Source: an uncultured Granulicatella sp.
GTDB taxonomy: Bacteria > Bacillota > Bacilli > Lactobacillales > Aerococcaceae
Direction of reading: 5' to 3'
Assembly: GCA_963515985.1 (NCBI GenBank)
Contig: CAUQAL010000001.1
Span: 2,357 to 66,356 of the forward strand
Length of the DNA stretch: 64,000 nucleotides
Shown here: in pieces, positions 61,427 to 64,000 of the stretch
How the letters are laid out: each line of letters begins with the position of its first letter
Position numbering within the stretch: the first letter of the stretch is position 1
Position numbers and translations under genes: made by a program
Notes under the pieces: model-generated
Databases searched by the model: none
The model's input: only the letters and a program-made list of their open reading frames with translations
What the model was told of the DNA's origin: nothing

Positions 61427-62056
61427 TTATGCTAAATTACTTAAAATGGAAGCAATTTTTGTTGTCATTAAGTCGATTGCTACTGCATTTGAGCCACCTT
61501 CAGGGATAATAATATCCGCAAATTTCTTTGTTGGTTCAATAAATTGATGATACATTGGTTTTACAACTGTAATATATTGATGAATAATCGAATCAAGTGT
61601 TCTACCACGTTCAACCATATCTCGTTTAATACGTCGAATAATACGAATATCATCATCCGTATCAACATACACTTTAATATCCATTAAATTACGTAAACGT
61701 TCATCTTCTAAAATTAAAATTCCTTCAATTAGAATAACATCTTTTGGTTCTTGATGAATGGTACGATCACTTCTCGTATGATTTTCATAATCATAAACTG
61801 GTTCATCAATCGATTTAAAATTAATTAATTTATTCATATGTTCAATTAATAAATCCGTATCGAATGCAAATGGATGGTCATAGTTTGTTTTTAAACGTTC
61901 TTCAAAAGGCATTTCACTTTGGTCTTTATAATAGAAATCTTGGTCAATTTTAACAATACTTAATTCTGGAAAATGATTCAAAATTTTTCTACTAACGGTA
62001 GTTTTACCACTACCTGAACCACCAGTCACTCCAATAACAATCGGCTTCTTTTTCAT
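61427..62056 (-). CDS. udk: Uridine kinase
   Basis: [24 protein letters not shown]. Confidence 0.96.
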   Translation of the reverse strand: MKKKPIVIGVTGGSGSGKTTVSRKILNHFPELSIVKIDQDFYYKDQSEMPFEERLKTNYDHPFAFDTDLLIEHMNKLINFKSIDEPVYDYENHTRSDRTIHQEPKDVILIEGILILEDERLRNLMDIKVYVDTDDDIRIIRRIKRDMVERGRTLDSIIHQYITVVKPMYHQFIEPTKKFADIIIPEGGSNAVAIDLMTTKIASILSNLA

Positions 62057-62059
62057 AAA

Positions 62060-63202
62060 TTACTCCTTATCAACGTATTTAGCTTTTAATGCTAAGTGTT
62101 CTTCATATGTTTTTGCAAAATAAATTTCTTTTGTTTGAATATCTGCTACGAAGTACTCATAATCTGTTTGAGCTGGATCAATTGCTGCTAAAATCGCTTC
62201 TTCACTTGGACTATTAAACGGTCCAGGACCCATCCCTCTATTTCTATATAAATTATATGGAGAATTTACTTCTAAATCTTTTAATGTAACAACTTCTTTA
62301 TGTTCCCCTAGTGCATAAAGAACCGAAATATCTGTTTGTAACATCATATTTTTTTGTAAACGATTATAGAAAACACTGGCAATTTTTTGACGATCTTCTA
62401 ATTTATACCCTTCTTTTTCAAGTAAAGAAGCCATTGTTAAAATTTCATGAACGTTATAATCACCTTGAGAGATTTTCGCATAATATTTAGATAAAATACT
62501 ATCTGTTTTAGCAACCATTTCTTCAATAATCATTTGTAAAGTTTTTGTTTCATCTGCATCATAAGTAGCAGGATATAAATAACCTTCTAAGAAATAACGA
62601 ACATTTTTCGCTTTTTGAGCATCTTTAAATAATCGAGGGAATTTTTGTATTAACTGATCAATAAAAGCTTGATCTTGGACTTTATTCATAAAATCATCTT
62701 TAGAATATTTCGTTGATTTTTCAATTTCTTCAGCAATTCCAGTTAAAGTTTCACCTTCACGCACGACTACTTTAGCTACATTAGCAGATTTATCTGTACC
62801 ACCATCCGCTAATTGCCCTAGAATTTGATCCAATGTCATTGATGGAGATAATTGGTAAAATCCTGCTTTGAAACCTGCTACATTTTTAAATTTAATATAA
62901 AAATTAAAAATTTTTGCATTGCGAATGAGTTTATTTTCTTCTAATATTTTAGCAATTTGCTTCACAGAAGAGCCTGTTGGAATTTCCACTTCAATGGTTT
63001 GAGTTTGTTTCGTATCGACAGGTTTTAATGAGCTAGACACATAATAATACCCATAAGCTCCACCACCAAGTACAATAATTGTTAATAAAATTACAAAAAA
63101 TCTAACAATATTACGAGTAACTTTCGATTCTTTCTTTCGAATCGCTCTTAATTCATCATTTTCATGAAGAAATCCCTTACTAAAACGATCTCTTTTTGAC
63201 AT
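62060..63202 (-). CDS. mltG: Endolytic transglycosylase MltG (YceG family)
   Basis: N-terminal TM, LEGYLYPATY, ASLLEKE, SPYNLY; AGGAGG RBS. Confidence 0.95.
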   Translation of the reverse strand: MSKRDRFSKGFLHENDELRAIRKKESKVTRNIVRFFVILLTIIVLGGGAYGYYYVSSSLKPVDTKQTQTIEVEIPTGSSVKQIAKILEENKLIRNAKIFNFYIKFKNVAGFKAGFYQLSPSMTLDQILGQLADGGTDKSANVAKVVVREGETLTGIAEEIEKSTKYSKDDFMNKVQDQAFIDQLIQKFPRLFKDAQKAKNVRYFLEGYLYPATYDADETKTLQMIIEEMVAKTDSILSKYYAKISQGDYNVHEILTMASLLEKEGYKLEDRQKIASVFYNRLQKNMMLQTDISVLYALGEHKEVVTLKDLEVNSPYNLYRNRGMGPGPFNSPSEEAILAAIDPAQTDYEYFVADIQTKEIYFAKTYEEHLALKAKYVDKE

Positions 63203-63397
63203 AATCCGCCTCCTTTTAACTTCGTTGTCATTATACATGAATTCCTATAACATTTGAAGACTAGGAGTTATACAATTATGTTACAAATTCTAACAATAAG
63301 ACATCAACAGACGAAATTTAGATATGAAACCAGAGGGCTCTACCCTAGTCAAGTCCAATCATTTAAACGTCCTCTCATATACACACGTCCAGCTAAA

Positions 63398-63531
63398 TGG
63401 ACTTGACGCTGTAGCATTAGTACTAGAAGCCATACCGGCTTCTAGTACAGGAAATTTCGAGACCTTAGGCTCGAAATTTAGGCATGAGACCGAAGGGCTG
63501 CTGCCGTCCTAGGCTACTTCAGTCAAGTCCA
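63398..63531 (+). repeat. Modular multi-hairpin intergenic element, copy D
   Basis: TGGACTTGAC-gct-GTAGC-atta-[GTACTAGAAGCC atacc GGCTTCTAGTAC]-AGG-[AAATTTCGAG accttagg CTCGAAATTT]-AGGC-ATGAGA-[CC gaa GG]-GCTGCT-GCC-GTCC-tag-GCTAC-ttca-GTCAAGTCCA. Confidence 0.85.
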
Positions 63532-63597
63532 ATTTCACCCTATATAAGAAAAGAAGACACCAAATAGCATCCTATTAGGCGTCTTCTCACATTATCA

Positions 63598-63894
63598 TTA
63601 TTCTTCTTCTTCATCTAAGAAAGTATTTAAAACTTCCTCAATCATATCCCATTCTTCATCAGTTTCAATAGGAAGTAAGTCTCCTTCAGTACCATCTTCA
63701 GCTTCAACATATGAAAATGCTTGAAGTTCAACTTCTTCTCCTTCTGGAATTCCTGCTGGGTATACTAAAACATATGATTTACCAAAATCTTCTGAATCGA
63801 AAGTAAATAAAACCTCGTGTAAGACTTCATTTCCTTCCTCATCAATAATTGTAATATGTTCATGTCCATCATGTTCATGTGTATGTTCTGTCAT
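63598..63894 (-). CDS. DUF1292 (YrzB-like) acidic protein
   Basis: [29 protein letters not shown]; downstream of ruvX. Confidence 0.9.
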   Translation of the reverse strand: MTEHTHEHDGHEHITIIDEEGNEVLHEVLFTFDSEDFGKSYVLVYPAGIPEGEEVELQAFSYVEAEDGTEGDLLPIETDEEWDMIEEVLNTFLDEEEE

Positions 63895-63909
63895 TACGTT
63901 TCCTCTTTT

Positions 63910-64000
63910 CTATTTAATATTTAAATCTAAATAATTTTGTAAAATGATGACTGCTGCTAACTTATCAATGACTTCTTTTCTCTTTTTACGAGAAACATTT
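63910..64000 (-). CDS. ruvX: Holliday junction resolvase-like/pre-16S rRNA nuclease RuvX (YrrK), C-terminal fragment
   Basis: Minus strand reads NVSRKKRKEVIDKLAAVIILQNYLDLNIK*. Confidence 0.9.
   Translation of the reverse strand, partial: NVSRKKRKEVIDKLAAVIILQNYLDLNIK

Noticed and set aside
63324..63512. 62-aa plus-strand ORF
   Set aside because: Runs through hairpin element D, has no clear RBS and no recognisable motif; likely incidental.
13738..63531. Treating the hairpin elements as CRISPR repeats or as a hammerhead ribozyme
   Set aside because: Copies are dispersed, with no repeat-spacer periodicity or cas genes. The ATGAGA loop lacks the CUGAnGA and GAAA hammerhead core on either strand.

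Overview
AT-rich chromosomal segment of a low-GC lactic-acid-group Firmicute. Gene content and order suggest Granulicatella or a related carnobacterial/aerococcal taxon (inference). It is mostly minus-strand housekeeping DNA: polC, rseP-cdsA-uppS, def, rpoY-rnjA, dnaG-rpoD, rpsD, obgE...recJ-apt, glyQS with a T-box, nrdIEF, murB, scpAB, fur-xerD-deoB-punA, mltG-udk-greA. No CRISPR array, IS transposase or prophage is visible. The most notable signals are: (1) four intergenic copies (13738-13884, 43410-43580, 54475-54569, 63398-63531) of a modular multi-hairpin element whose stems differ in sequence but keep pairing through compensatory changes around conserved junction bases; (2) a full-length OatA-like protein lacking its catalytic residues; (3) a non-canonical choline locus (HTH-LicC-LicA fusion, second LicC, BCCT carrier) near a tRNA-Arg(CCT), plus a choline-binding LytC-like lysozyme; (4) two unannotated small ORFs with strong RBSs behind a cre-like site; (5) a chromosomal Lsa(C)-like ABC-F gene; (6) a DUF368-PAP2 lipid-carrier recycling pair; (7) two orphan immunity-like genes and an orphan CopY. 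All family assignments come from motif recognition by eye; no database searches were run.
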